Source: Pseudomonadota bacterium | GTDB taxonomy: Bacteria; Myxococcota; JACRCW01; JAFGSX01 | Length of the DNA stretch: 64,000 nucleotides | Reading direction: 5' to 3' | Assembly: GCA_043821645.1 (NCBI GenBank) | Contig: JBDRCO010000051.1 | Span: forward strand, 96,001 to 160,000 | Part shown: in pieces, positions 37,977-48,100 of the stretch | Layout of the letters: every line of letters begins with the position of its first letter | Position numbering within the stretch: position 1 is the stretch's first letter | Made by a program: the position numbers and the translations under genes | Notes under the pieces: generated by a model | The model's input: the letters and a program-made list of their open reading frames with translations, nothing else | What the model was told of the DNA's origin: nothing | Databases searched by the model: none

Positions 37977-38822
37977 ATGCCGTACCGGATCTTGTCGACG
38001 CTCGCCGGCGTCGCGCTCCTGACCTGCTCGTGCGTGATGACGCGCGAGGAAGGGCAGCAGATGGAGAGCGACATGCGCGCCATCGAGCAGGAGCTGGCGC
38101 TGGAGCGCCTGGAGAAGAAGAAGCACGAGGCCGAGCTCACTGACCGCCTCAAGGCGGCCGAGCTGCAGGTCGAGCGGATGAAGAACGCGATGGAGAGCGC
38201 GGACCAGAACGCGCGCCGTGCCGACGCGGATTTCTTTCTCAAGCTTGATGAGATGGTGGCCCAGGTGCAGCGCATGAACGGCCGCCTCGAGGAAATCGAG
38301 CACCGCCTGGGTGAGATCGAGAACGGCGCCGTGGCCAGCTCCAAGCCTGCCACCCCCGCGGACCCCGGGACGGCGATCACAGCGCCGACCGAGGTCCCCG
38401 ACGCCAGCGCCCTGCCCGCCGACAAACAGGCGCTGTACGACCTGGGCAAGAAGAGCTTTGACGAAGGGCACCACAACGAGGCGCGCCGGATCTTCAAGGT
38501 CTTCCTGGGCCGCCACCCTGACGACGCCACCCTGTCCGACAACGCCCTGTTCTGGACTGCCGAGTCCTTCTTTCAAGAGAAGACCTACGACAAGGCCATC
38601 CTGACCTACCAGGAAGTCATCAACAAGTACCCCAAGAGCGACAAGCTCGACGCCTCGCTGTACAAGATCGGCCGCTCCTTCGAGGCCCTGGGGCTCAAGG
38701 AAGACGCCTCTCTGTTCTATGAGGACCTGGTGGCCAAGTACCCCGGGTCCAAGCTCGTGAGCGATGCCAAGAAGCGTATTGCCACCAACAAGCCCAAGGG
38801 CGGCAAGCGCCGCTCGCGCTAG
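37977..38822 (+). CDS. cpoB: Tol-Pal associated CpoB/YbgF
   Basis: Lies after pal; coiled coil, then TPRs (DNALFWTAESFF, VINKYPKSDK, LVAKYPGS). Confidence 0.85.
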   Translation: MPYRILSTLAGVALLTCSCVMTREEGQQMESDMRAIEQELALERLEKKKHEAELTDRLKAAELQVERMKNAMESADQNARRADADFFLKLDEMVAQVQRMNGRLEEIEHRLGEIENGAVASSKPATPADPGTAITAPTEVPDASALPADKQALYDLGKKSFDEGHHNEARRIFKVFLGRHPDDATLSDNALFWTAESFFQEKTYDKAILTYQEVINKYPKSDKLDASLYKIGRSFEALGLKEDASLFYEDLVAKYPGSKLVSDAKKRIATNKPKGGKRRSR

Positions 38823-38834
38823 GCCACGGATCCG

Positions 38835-39422
38835 ATGGCCGCACGCGCCCGGCGACCCCTGGCCCTGACCCTGCTGTCGGTGATGGTGCGAGCGCCCCTG
38901 GCCGCGCTGGCCTGGTTCGAGCTGCGCTGTCGAGATCTGCTCTGGCTCGCGCTCCGACCGCGCTACCGCGTCGAGGGCACCTGCCAGCACAACGGCGTGT
39001 GCTGCCACCACATCCTCGTCGTCGAGCAGCGCTGGCTGGCCAGCCCTCCGCTCTCCTGGCTGGTTCGTTTCTGGCTGCAGGGCATCCACCGCTTTCGTCC
39101 CACCGCCAACCAGGTGGAGATGCCGGACGGCGGGGTGGCCCACATCTACAGCTGCGACAACCTCGACGAGAACCGGCGCTGCCGCGAGCACCTATTGCGC
39201 CCCATGATCTGCAGGATCTACCCGCGTCCTGGCCACTTCGTGCCGCCGGTGCTGCACCGCGGTTGTGGCTACCGGGTCGTCGACAGGATCAGCGGCGAGG
39301 AGCTGCGCACGGCCACCCCGCTCGCCTCCGGCGAGGTCGCAAAGCGCTATGACAAGGGAGCACTCATCGATCGCTGGTGCAGTCCCGGCGACCCGGAACG
39401 CAGGGGATCATCGCGCCCGTGA
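38835..39422 (+). CDS. YkgJ-like cysteine cluster (Zn/Fe-S) protein
   Basis: CQHNGVCC, CDNLDENRRC, RPMICRIYP, GCGY. Confidence 0.75.
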   Translation: MAARARRPLALTLLSVMVRAPLAALAWFELRCRDLLWLALRPRYRVEGTCQHNGVCCHHILVVEQRWLASPPLSWLVRFWLQGIHRFRPTANQVEMPDGGVAHIYSCDNLDENRRCREHLLRPMICRIYPRPGHFVPPVLHRGCGYRVVDRISGEELRTATPLASGEVAKRYDKGALIDRWCSPGDPERRGSSRP

Positions 39423-39455
39423 GTGCGATCGCTCCTGGCAGGAACACCCCGCGCG

Positions 39456-41300
39456 TCAGGGCCTGGGTGGTGACGCCGCGGGCATGGCGGGAGCGTCGTC
39501 GGGCAGGGCGGTCACCTGACCCGGTGGCACGAAGGGCTCCAGGGTGGGCAGAGGATCCCGGAACAGCACGTGGGCGATGTAGGCAGGGGGAATCGAACCC
39601 TGGCCAAGCAACGCGTCGTGGAAACGTCGCAGATCGAAGGTCAGGCCCTTGTAGGCCTCGGCGCGCTCTCGCATGCGCTCGATGGCGACGAACCCGATCA
39701 GGGCTGCTGCACCGTGCGCTGGCTGCTTGAGGAGGTCGATGACCTCCCGCTCCAGGACGGCACGGCGAGCCGCCTCAGGCTGCTGCCCCGCCAGGTCCTC
39801 CTCGGCGAGGGCGCGCACAGCCTGCTCGAAGTTTAGCACACCGGTGTGCAGGTTGACGTCGACGACGACCCGCGCTGCCGCCTCACGGATGGCCTGCCAG
39901 CGTGTCCGCTGGGCCACCGTGTCGGCCACCACCAGGTTGTGCTCGAGGGCCATACCCATGGCGTACAATGCCCACCCTTCGTCGAGGATCACCGAGTCCT
40001 GAGCGCGGCGCACCACCGAGGCCTGACGGCGGGCGAGCTGGTGGCGCAGCATGCGGCCGGGATAGGTCTCCCGGGCGGTGGCCAGGAGCAGGTCACTGCG
40101 GGTGAGTTCTGTGAACAGCGCGTCGCGCTGGGCGGGTGTCCACTCGCCCAGCGGCATCAACCCCACCAGCAGCAGGGGTTCTGCCTGACCGAAGGCCGGG
40201 GGTGGAACCAGCGATAGCGCGGACAGGCGGTCGCGCAACAGGGGCGGAGTCTCGACGACACGCAGGGTGTCGCCGGAGGACACTGGACTGATCAGGTGGT
40301 TCTCATCGACCAGGCCACGCAGGGTCCGCGCCTGGGTAGCCACGGTATCGAGCAGGGCTCGCCGGGTGAAACTGGTCGGGGCGCTGAGCTTGGACACGGT
40401 CACGGCGGGCAAGCCATCCAGCTGCTGATGTGCGGTCTGCAACCACTGTTGTCCGAGGTCCAGCACCGCCGCAGCGTCCATGTTGAGACCGTACTCGAGA
40501 CTGAGACGGTGGCCGTAGGCGACAGCACCCACCGGGGTCAGCTCGGGTCCATCGGCACAGCGGCCATCGATCCCGGCAATGAATCGCTCGAGTCCAAGCA
40601 TGGCCTCGTCGATGCCCAGGCCGAGACGTTCCCGCAAGCCCGCTTCGCTGCGCTCCGCGACCGCGCGCAGGTCATTGTCCAGAAAACGGCGCAGGGCTCC
40701 GGCGTCGGCAGCGGCGGCCTGGCACAGGCGGCGCGACGGCAGGTGCAGGTTATCGCGGGTTGCAGACAGCAGCAGCGGCACCTCGAGCAGACGTGCAGCC
40801 AGGGCTTCCAGGCGAACCTCGAGGGGACGGCTGCCGTCGAGCCACAGCGACAACACCGAGCGCATCAGCTCGTCGACGTCGTCGGTCGGGGCCAGCAGGG
40901 GTCGTCCCTCGACGGCGATCTCGTGAATGGCCAGGCGCAGCGACGCGATGAGTACCTGGCGATCGATCTGCTCGTCCGCGGTGAGGGCGTCCCCCGGTAT
41001 CGCATAGAGGTTCTGCACGGCCCGGGTCAGGTTATCGACCTGGACCTTGAGGATCTTGCCGCTTCGCCGGGGCAGTTGCCGGTCGTAGCGGTGTATACCC
41101 AGGGCCGAGGCGCGGCCCGGGTAAAGCTCCCACAGGGTACCCAGGGCACGATCCGAGAGCTCGGGCCAGCGCTCTGCGGGAGAAAGTTCTGCCGGGGCAG
41201 GCTGCGACAGCTCGACCCTCTGCACCCTCTGGCGGGACGGGCACGAGGCCACGACGAGGAGAAAGAGGGCTAGCAACAGGATGCGTGGATGGGTTCGCAT
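39456..41300 (-). CDS. DUF885 family lipoprotein (His motif degenerate)
   Basis: Lipobox [52 protein letters not shown]. Confidence 0.85.
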   Translation of the reverse strand: MRTHPRILLLALFLLVVASCPSRQRVQRVELSQPAPAELSPAERWPELSDRALGTLWELYPGRASALGIHRYDRQLPRRSGKILKVQVDNLTRAVQNLYAIPGDALTADEQIDRQVLIASLRLAIHEIAVEGRPLLAPTDDVDELMRSVLSLWLDGSRPLEVRLEALAARLLEVPLLLSATRDNLHLPSRRLCQAAAADAGALRRFLDNDLRAVAERSEAGLRERLGLGIDEAMLGLERFIAGIDGRCADGPELTPVGAVAYGHRLSLEYGLNMDAAAVLDLGQQWLQTAHQQLDGLPAVTVSKLSAPTSFTRRALLDTVATQARTLRGLVDENHLISPVSSGDTLRVVETPPLLRDRLSALSLVPPPAFGQAEPLLLVGLMPLGEWTPAQRDALFTELTRSDLLLATARETYPGRMLRHQLARRQASVVRRAQDSVILDEGWALYAMGMALEHNLVVADTVAQRTRWQAIREAAARVVVDVNLHTGVLNFEQAVRALAEEDLAGQQPEAARRAVLEREVIDLLKQPAHGAAALIGFVAIERMRERAEAYKGLTFDLRRFHDALLGQGSIPPAYIAHVLFRDPLPTLEPFVPPGQVTALPDDAPAMPAASPPRP

Positions 41301-41434
41301 GGCTCATCTTCCCGGTCTGTCGATGCCGGGCAGCATGGGCTGAGCCCTTCCCGACGTCAAGGCGTTGCGGCCCGCGGCGCCGTCATGTTAGATGGGCGAC
41401 GCCTGTTCGACCCCGCCGGTCGCTGGAGCCAAAT

Positions 41435-42184
41435 ATGTCCGGTCATAGCAAGTGGAGCACCATCAAGCACAAGAAGGCCGCCACCGATGCCAAGCGCGGC
41501 GCGGTGTGGACCAAGGTGATCAAGGAGATCACCATCGCAGCCCGCATGGGTGGCGGAGACATTGACGGCAACCCGCGTCTGCGCAAGGCGGTGGATGATG
41601 CCAAGGCCGCCAACATGCCCAAGGACAACGTCGAGCGCGCCATCAAGAAGGGCACGGGTGAGCTCGAGGGTGTGAACTACGAGGAAGGTACGCTCGAGGG
41701 CTATGGCCCCGGCGGCGCAGCGATCTATGTCGAGTTCTTGACGGACAATCGCAACCGCGCGACCTCGTCGATACGTTCGACGCTCACCAAGCTGAACGGC
41801 TCGCTGGGTAAGGACGGGTGCGTGGCCTACCTGTTCTCGAAGAAGGCCCAGTTCCTGTTCGAAAAGAGTGCGGTCAGCGAGGACGTGCTGATGGAGGTGG
41901 CCCTGGAGGCCGGCGCCGAGGACGTGATCGATGCTGGCGACGCCTGGGAAGTGCGCGGCGAGCCCTCGACCTACGACGCCCTCAAGGACGCCTTCACGGC
42001 CAAGCAGCTGGAGTACCTGCAGGGCGACATCACCATGATCCCGTCGAACACGGTCAAGCTCGAGGGCAAGGACGCCGAGACCATGATCAAACTCATCGGC
42101 AACCTCGAGGACAACGAGGACGTGCAGCACGTGTACTCCAACTTCGACATCGATGCGGACCTGCTCGAGCAGCTGTCCTCGTAA
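41435..42184 (+). CDS. yebC: YebC/PmpR family protein
   Basis: [45 protein letters not shown]. Confidence 0.96.
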   Translation: MSGHSKWSTIKHKKAATDAKRGAVWTKVIKEITIAARMGGGDIDGNPRLRKAVDDAKAANMPKDNVERAIKKGTGELEGVNYEEGTLEGYGPGGAAIYVEFLTDNRNRATSSIRSTLTKLNGSLGKDGCVAYLFSKKAQFLFEKSAVSEDVLMEVALEAGAEDVIDAGDAWEVRGEPSTYDALKDAFTAKQLEYLQGDITMIPSNTVKLEGKDAETMIKLIGNLEDNEDVQHVYSNFDIDADLLEQLSS

Positions 42185-42190
42185 TCCCGC

Positions 42191-42766
42191 GTGCGCATCC
42201 TCGGCGTCGATCCTGGTTCCCTGCACACCGGCTACGGCGTCATCGACGTGGCCCAGGGCAGCGTGGTCCCTGTTGATGCCGGGGTGATTGCCCCCCCCGC
42301 CGGTCTGGAGCTGGTGGACAGGTTGACCTTCATCGCCAGCCAGCTCGCCGAGGTGGCCCGCGCGGCTGCGCCCGACGTGGTGGCCATCGAGAACATCTTC
42401 ACCGCCCGCTCGCCCCGCTCGGCCCTGGTCCTGGGCCAGGCCCGGGGTGCCGCGATGGTGGCGGTCGGCAGCCTGGGCGTGCCCGTGGTCGAGGTGGCAC
42501 CGAGCCGGGTCAAGTCCCTGGTGGCGGGCCACGGCCGCGCCGGCAAAACCCAGGTGGCGCGCGCCGTGCGTCAGATATTGCATCTCGAGGGCAAGCTCCC
42601 GGTCGACGCCTCGGACGCCCTGGCCATCGCCCTCAGCGTTGCCTTTCACCTGCCCGGCCCAGGCGCCACCCTGCCCCGAGTCCGCGTGCGCAAGCAAAGT
42701 GCCCGCGAGGCCTGGAACCAGGAGCTGCGCTCGAAGCTGCCCGGCCGCGGACGCCCCCGACCATGA
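42191..42766 (+). CDS. ruvC: Holliday junction resolvase RuvC
   Basis: ILGVDPGS..TGYGVI, AIENIF, LGQARG, GRAGKTQV, DASDALAIA. Confidence 0.95.
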   Translation: MRILGVDPGSLHTGYGVIDVAQGSVVPVDAGVIAPPAGLELVDRLTFIASQLAEVARAAAPDVVAIENIFTARSPRSALVLGQARGAAMVAVGSLGVPVVEVAPSRVKSLVAGHGRAGKTQVARAVRQILHLEGKLPVDASDALAIALSVAFHLPGPGATLPRVRVRKQSAREAWNQELRSKLPGRGRPRP

Positions 42767-43353
42767 TCGCCCTGCTCAGCGGCGTGCTCGTCGACAAGAG
42801 CCTGGAGAGCGCGGTGGTTGACGCCGGGGGCGTGGGCTACGAGCTGTTCATGCCCCTGCCCGACCTGGCCGCCCTAGGCGCCGTGGGCAACAAGATCACG
42901 GTGCACGTGCACACCCACGTGCGCGAGGACGCGCTCAAGCTCTTCGGCTTCAGGGACAGGCACCACAAGCAGGTGTTCGAACGCCTGATCAACGTCACCG
43001 GTGTGGGCCCCAAGCTGGCCCTGGCACTGCTCTCGGGCATAGACCTCGACGAGCTGGGGCGCGCCGTGGCGACCAAGGATGCGACGCGCCTGAGCAAGAT
43101 CCCGGGCATAGGCAAGAAGACTGCCGAGCGATTGTGCCTGGAGCTGCAGGACAAGCTGGAGATCCCCGCCGGGCCCGCGACCAGCGTGGCCGAGGCCATC
43201 GACCTGCACCTGGTGGCCGCCCTCGAGAGTCTGGGCTACAAGCGCCTGCACGCCGAGGACGTGGCTCGCAACCTCGATGCCCAGGTGAAGGCGGGCACGC
43301 CGCTCGAGGACCTGGTGCGCGAGGCGCTCAAGCGCCTGCAGGGTATGAAGTGA
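42763..43353 (+). CDS. ruvA: Holliday junction branch migration protein RuvA
   Basis: MIALLSG, GGVGYEL, HVREDALKLFGF, VTGVGPKLA, PGIGKKTAERLCLEL, ALESLGY. Confidence 0.95.
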   Translation: MIALLSGVLVDKSLESAVVDAGGVGYELFMPLPDLAALGAVGNKITVHVHTHVREDALKLFGFRDRHHKQVFERLINVTGVGPKLALALLSGIDLDELGRAVATKDATRLSKIPGIGKKTAERLCLELQDKLEIPAGPATSVAEAIDLHLVAALESLGYKRLHAEDVARNLDAQVKAGTPLEDLVREALKRLQGMK

Positions 43354-43370
43354 CGACGGAGGGAGAAGCG

Positions 43371-44144
43371 ATGTCTCGAATCTTGTACCCGAGTATTCTG
43401 ATGCTTGCGCTCACCAGCAGTGCGTGCATGGCCGGCCTAGTCAACGAGGAGTTCCGGCGCATGGCCGATGAGATCAAGGCCAGGCCTCCACAGCTCGAGG
43501 TGCTGGACATGAGCCAGCTGGCCTCGGTCAAGCGCGTGGCGGTGATGCCCTTTCGCAACCTGGCCTTTGGCACCGAGGGCCCCATGGAGGTCTACCGCGG
43601 TGACGGCCTGATGGCGGGCCGCGTGTTCTTTGCCCACAACGGCATCGAGGAACTCATCGCCGAGCGCTTCGAGGAGCTGCTGCTCAAGGACAGGGCGGTC
43701 GAGGTGGTCGAGCGCTGCCGCATCGCCGCGGTGCTGCACGAGCAGGAACTGGCGCAGAGTGGCGTCGTCAAGAGCGAGATGATGCCCGAGATGGTGGCGG
43801 CCAGTGCCGGCGCCGACGCGGTGCTGCTGGGCACCATCACCATGGAGATGATCTACATGCCCGACAGTCCGGATCTGATGTCGATGGGCATGTTTGCCAT
43901 TCATGTCCGGCTGGTCGACGCCCGCGACGGCAAGATCCTGGCTTTTGGCCGCGACAGCTTCAGCAACGTCGAGCGCAACATCAACGACGAGCAGATGATC
44001 AGCGAACTGTCTGCACGGCTGGCGGCCAGTCTGTCCGCGGCCATCGCCGAGGCGCACAAGACCTATCCCGAGGCAGTCAGGCCTGCGGCCATGCCTTACA
44101 TGCAGGCGCCAGTGGCGGTTCCTGAGACCAGCAAGGGACCGTGA
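43371..44144 (+). CDS. CsgG/HfaB-like lipoprotein, Met-rich
   Basis: Lipobox-like SSAC; KRVAVMPF, VEVVER..IAAVLHEQEL, GADAVLLGTI, VRLVDARDGKIL. Confidence 0.7.
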   Translation: MSRILYPSILMLALTSSACMAGLVNEEFRRMADEIKARPPQLEVLDMSQLASVKRVAVMPFRNLAFGTEGPMEVYRGDGLMAGRVFFAHNGIEELIAERFEELLLKDRAVEVVERCRIAAVLHEQELAQSGVVKSEMMPEMVAASAGADAVLLGTITMEMIYMPDSPDLMSMGMFAIHVRLVDARDGKILAFGRDSFSNVERNINDEQMISELSARLAASLSAAIAEAHKTYPEAVRPAAMPYMQAPVAVPETSKGP

Positions 44145-44347
44145 ACCGTTCAACACTGACGGTATAGCTCTTCATCCCCAACGTCGTCATGGTTGGGTTT
44201 GACGGACACTTACGACGAGATCGTGCGTGCGCCTGAATGATCAACTGCTAAACTGAATTTCACTCCTCGTCCTCAGATCACGACGGACAGGCAGCGCGCA
44301 GCGAGCTCTCGTTGCGCCAGGGTAAACCAGGGTCCGGAGGTTGTTCG

Positions 44348-45049
44348 ATGCTGACGAAGCTCATCGCAGGCATGCTCGGCGCGGCGGCTGTGGCCGCGGC
44401 CACCACCTTTGTCGTGCTCAGATCCAGTGCCGGTGACGACGGAAATCTCGCCGGCGCCGTGGTGCAGGTCGAGCCTGTCACTCCTGCGAAGACCGACGAC
44501 AGTGGCGCCATGAAGCAGTCGATCGCCATCAAGGGACACTGGCAGATCGAGGTCCGGAATCCGGATGGGACCGTCACCCAGCGGCGGGAGTTCGACAATG
44601 CGTTTGTCGGTGCCCTTTCGATGCAGGAACTCATGCAGCGCCAGAATGTCATAGGGGCCTGGCATATTTCGCTGTACGGAGTCGGCGCAAATCCTGCCAG
44701 TGCCTGCATGGCAACTAATCCCGAACCTTGCGTCATCCGAGAACCCCAACCGCCGGCACAGGAAGACACGAGGTACTCGTTCAACCTCAGCCTGACTCCA
44801 TCGACATCTGGTGTGAGATTCAGCGGAAGCAAGGTGGCATCGAGGGACGGCGTCGTTGGCCGCGTTGACCTCGGGTACACCGCCTGCCCCGGAAACAACT
44901 CTCCGGAAAGCTGCGCCGCCTGGAATGTGGTGCAGATGGAGTCTAAGGCTTTCACCGCGCATGCACTAACAGCAGGGCAGGAGATCTCCCTCATCACCGG
45001 ACAACAGATCCTGGTCAGCGTGGAGGTCTCCTTTCTCCCCGCGAACTAG
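44348..45049 (+). CDS. Exported or membrane-anchored hypothetical beta-rich protein, lower GC
   Basis: GGAGG RBS; N-terminal hydrophobic helix; IKGHWQIEVRNPDG..RREFDN; two Cys pairs; C-terminal GQQILVSVEVSF. Confidence 0.7.
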   Translation: MLTKLIAGMLGAAAVAAATTFVVLRSSAGDDGNLAGAVVQVEPVTPAKTDDSGAMKQSIAIKGHWQIEVRNPDGTVTQRREFDNAFVGALSMQELMQRQNVIGAWHISLYGVGANPASACMATNPEPCVIREPQPPAQEDTRYSFNLSLTPSTSGVRFSGSKVASRDGVVGRVDLGYTACPGNNSPESCAAWNVVQMESKAFTAHALTAGQEISLITGQQILVSVEVSFLPAN

Positions 45050-45115
45050 CACAGAGCTGCCTCTTTGGGGTGATGTGTTGAGCGGTGCACCGCAGACAGG
45101 TCGTCGAGCATTGAC

Positions 45116-48100
45116 ATGAAGCGTCCTGCTTTTCTGATCCTGATGGCCTCCGCAGTCATCATCTCGGAGCGCTCAGCCCACGCCGGCCAGTGCGGCGCCA
45201 CCTGCTCGACGGTGTGCCCCGAGGGTAGCTGCGACTACCTGTCGCCGGACGCGTGCGAGGACAGCATCGCCGACGGCTCGACCTGCCTGGTGCTCGGCGG
45301 CGTGTACCACGAGACGGTCAGCTACCAGGCCGGCAACCTCAAGAGCAATCTGACCTTCGAGTGCGAGGACCCCATCAACGCCCCCTGCGTCATCGACGGT
45401 GACGGGCTCCGCAGCTATGGCTTCTACGGCTACAACGGCTGGGTGATCGACGGGTTCGAGATCCGGAACGTCCTGGCGGACGGGATCTCCTCGATCCCCT
45501 CCCGCTACGTCGCAGCGGTTCGGAACTGTTACGTGCACGACGTGGGCGGGCGGGGCATTGATGCCGTCGACGTGGGCACCGCAGGTGTCGACGCGGTCAT
45601 CGAGTTCAACCGGGTCGAGCACACGGGCAATCACGGCATCATCTGCCCGGCCTTCACCTCGGATCATCTGGTGCGCAACAACGTGGTGTTCAACGCCGCC
45701 ATCTTCGGCGGCAACGGCATCACCTGCGGCACCAGCTACACCGCCTGCAACAACGCGCGCGTCGAGCACAACACCGTGGTCCTCGCCGACAACACGGCCC
45801 CCTACGGCGCCGCGCCCAACGGCATCGTCGCCTGCATCGCGCGCTACAACATTGTGGTGGGCGGCAACACCAGCATCAGCACCAATGGCACCGGCGCCGA
45901 GAGCGCCTACAACCTGGTTCACGGCTGGGTCAGCGCAGCGTATGCAGGCACCGCCGTCAGCACGGGCGATCGGACCGGCGACCCGCTGTTTGTGAGCCGC
46001 GAGGACCTGCACCCGCAGGCCGGTTCGCCGGCCGTCAACGCCGCGTTGTCTTCAACAGAGTCCGTGGACTTCGAGGGCGTGGCGCGGCAGGGCGTACCCG
46101 ACATCGGCGCCCTCGAGTACAGCGGAAGCCACGTCGAGGATCCCGGCCACTGGCCCGTGCGCGAGCAGGTGGCGACGACACCGACCCTGGCGGCCGCGCC
46201 CTCCCTCGTCATGGTGCCCGGGCAGGGCCCGGCCATGCTGTACTTCAACAACCGCGCAGGAGCCTGCGACCTGGTCTACGCCGAGCGCCGCAACGACGGC
46301 AGCTGGACCCAGGAGACGGTCAAGAGCGGCGCCCAGATGCAGGACTACAACAACACCAACTGGGCCCTGCAGCCGACGGACCTGGCCATCGATCCTGCCA
46401 CGGGGCGACCGGCGGCGGTGTGGATAGAGCAGGTCGGGACCACGCGCTACCTGCGCTTCGCCCGCTTCCTGGGACCTGGCTGCCCCACGGGCGACTGCAC
46501 CAGCAACCGCTGGCGAGGTTGCACCGCGCCGACCATCCTGGCTGCAAGCGCCTACACGGGAAGCGTGACCCTGGCCTTTCACCCGACCTTGCACTACCCG
46601 GCGGTCGCCCTCTCGTACGAGGGCAGCGGCGGAGTCTACCGGGTTTACTACTGGGACTATGCCGACGGCAGCAGCTGGCAAGCCGCCACGGTCGAGCAGA
46701 ACCTGACCGGCACGCACTTTTTGGGGCGCGGAATAGATCTGAGCTTCAACCCGGCCACGGGCGAGCCCGAGGTTGCGTACACCCGCATCGCCAAGACGCC
46801 CAGCAACGGTACGGGTGAAGTCGTCGTCGCCAGCCGGTCCACGGGGACCTTCACGCCCCTCACCGTGGCCCTGGATGCCAACTTCCCCTCGGCGTCAGGG
46901 GTCTACAACACCGTCGCCATGGCGCACTGGTCCAATGGCGACCTCGCGGTGGTCTACTCCGCGCGCCAGCCCAACAACGACGCGGCCATCGGTTACATGG
47001 AGCGCAGGACGGGCGTCTGGAGCTCGTCGGTGGCACCCGCCCTGGGGCACGATGCCTATGTCAGCACCAGCTACCTGGGTCTGGACCTGGTGCTCGACGC
47101 GGACGGAGAGCCCGCCCTGGCTTCGGCCCTTGGCAACATCGTGCGGGTCAGCCGACGCACGGGTGGTGACTGGAGCTGGGGCGCCGTGGACGTGCGGCGA
47201 GAGACCGGCAACTGGGTGGACATCGCCGTCGGCGACGGTGGCGAGCTCATGGTCGGGCACCAGCGCAACAATGTCAGCCGCAGTGTCGAGTTCTCGGCCG
47301 AGAGCGATCCCGGCGGCATTGGTCCTGCGGCGCCGGCCACTTGTGGAGGCGGCGATCTCTGTGCAACAGCGGCCTGTGACCCCCAGCTAGGCTGCGTGCT
47401 CGCACCGGTGGATTGCGACGACAGCGATGCCTGCACGACCGATCGCTGCGCGCCCTCGCAGGGCTGCCTCAACGTTGCCATGACCTGCGACGATGGCGAT
47501 GCATGCACCCTCGATGGATGCGATCCGGCCACGGGCTGCACCTCGGTCGCGCTGGACTGCAATGACAGCGACGCCTGCACCACGGACCGCTGTGCGCCCG
47601 GGACAGGATGCGTCAACGTGGCCATCACCTGCGACGATGCCGACGCTTGCACCGACGACAGCTGCGACCCTGCAACGGGTTGCGCCTCGGCGGCCAGGGA
47701 CTGTGCGGACAGCGACCCGTGCACCGTGGACAGCTGCGATCCGGGCTCAGGCTGCCTGCACAGCTTCGTGGACTGCGACGACGGCGACGCCTGCACCGTG
47801 GATGCCTGTGACGGTTCGGGCGGCTGCACGCACACGCCCCTGAACTGCGACGACAGCGACGCCTGCACCATGGACAGCTGCGACGTGGCCACCGGCTGCG
47901 CCAACGTGCCCGTGGTCTGCGACGACGCCGAGTTCTGCACCGACGACAGCTGCGACACTGTGCTCGGCTGCCAGTTCGTCGACAACATCCTGAGCTGCGA
48001 CGACGGCAATGCCACCACCGTCGGCGACGTCTGCCTGGCTGGATTCTGCAGCGGCTTCCCGGCCCAGGTCGTGATCCCGACCATCGTCGAGTCCATCGCG

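Noticed and set aside
39420-39422. Sec read-through at other terminal TGA codons (YkgJ-like, pal, cytochrome, nucleotidase)
   Set aside because: The domains are complete before these stops and the TGA does not align to a conserved Cys position.
44145-44347. Riboswitch or ncRNA in the intergenic region (hairpin near 44296-44317; GGGTAAACC resembling the start of c-di-GMP-I)
   Set aside because: The rest of the consensus (GNRA loop and GACGCAAAGC segment) is absent; a single hairpin is insufficient. An Rfam scan would settle it.
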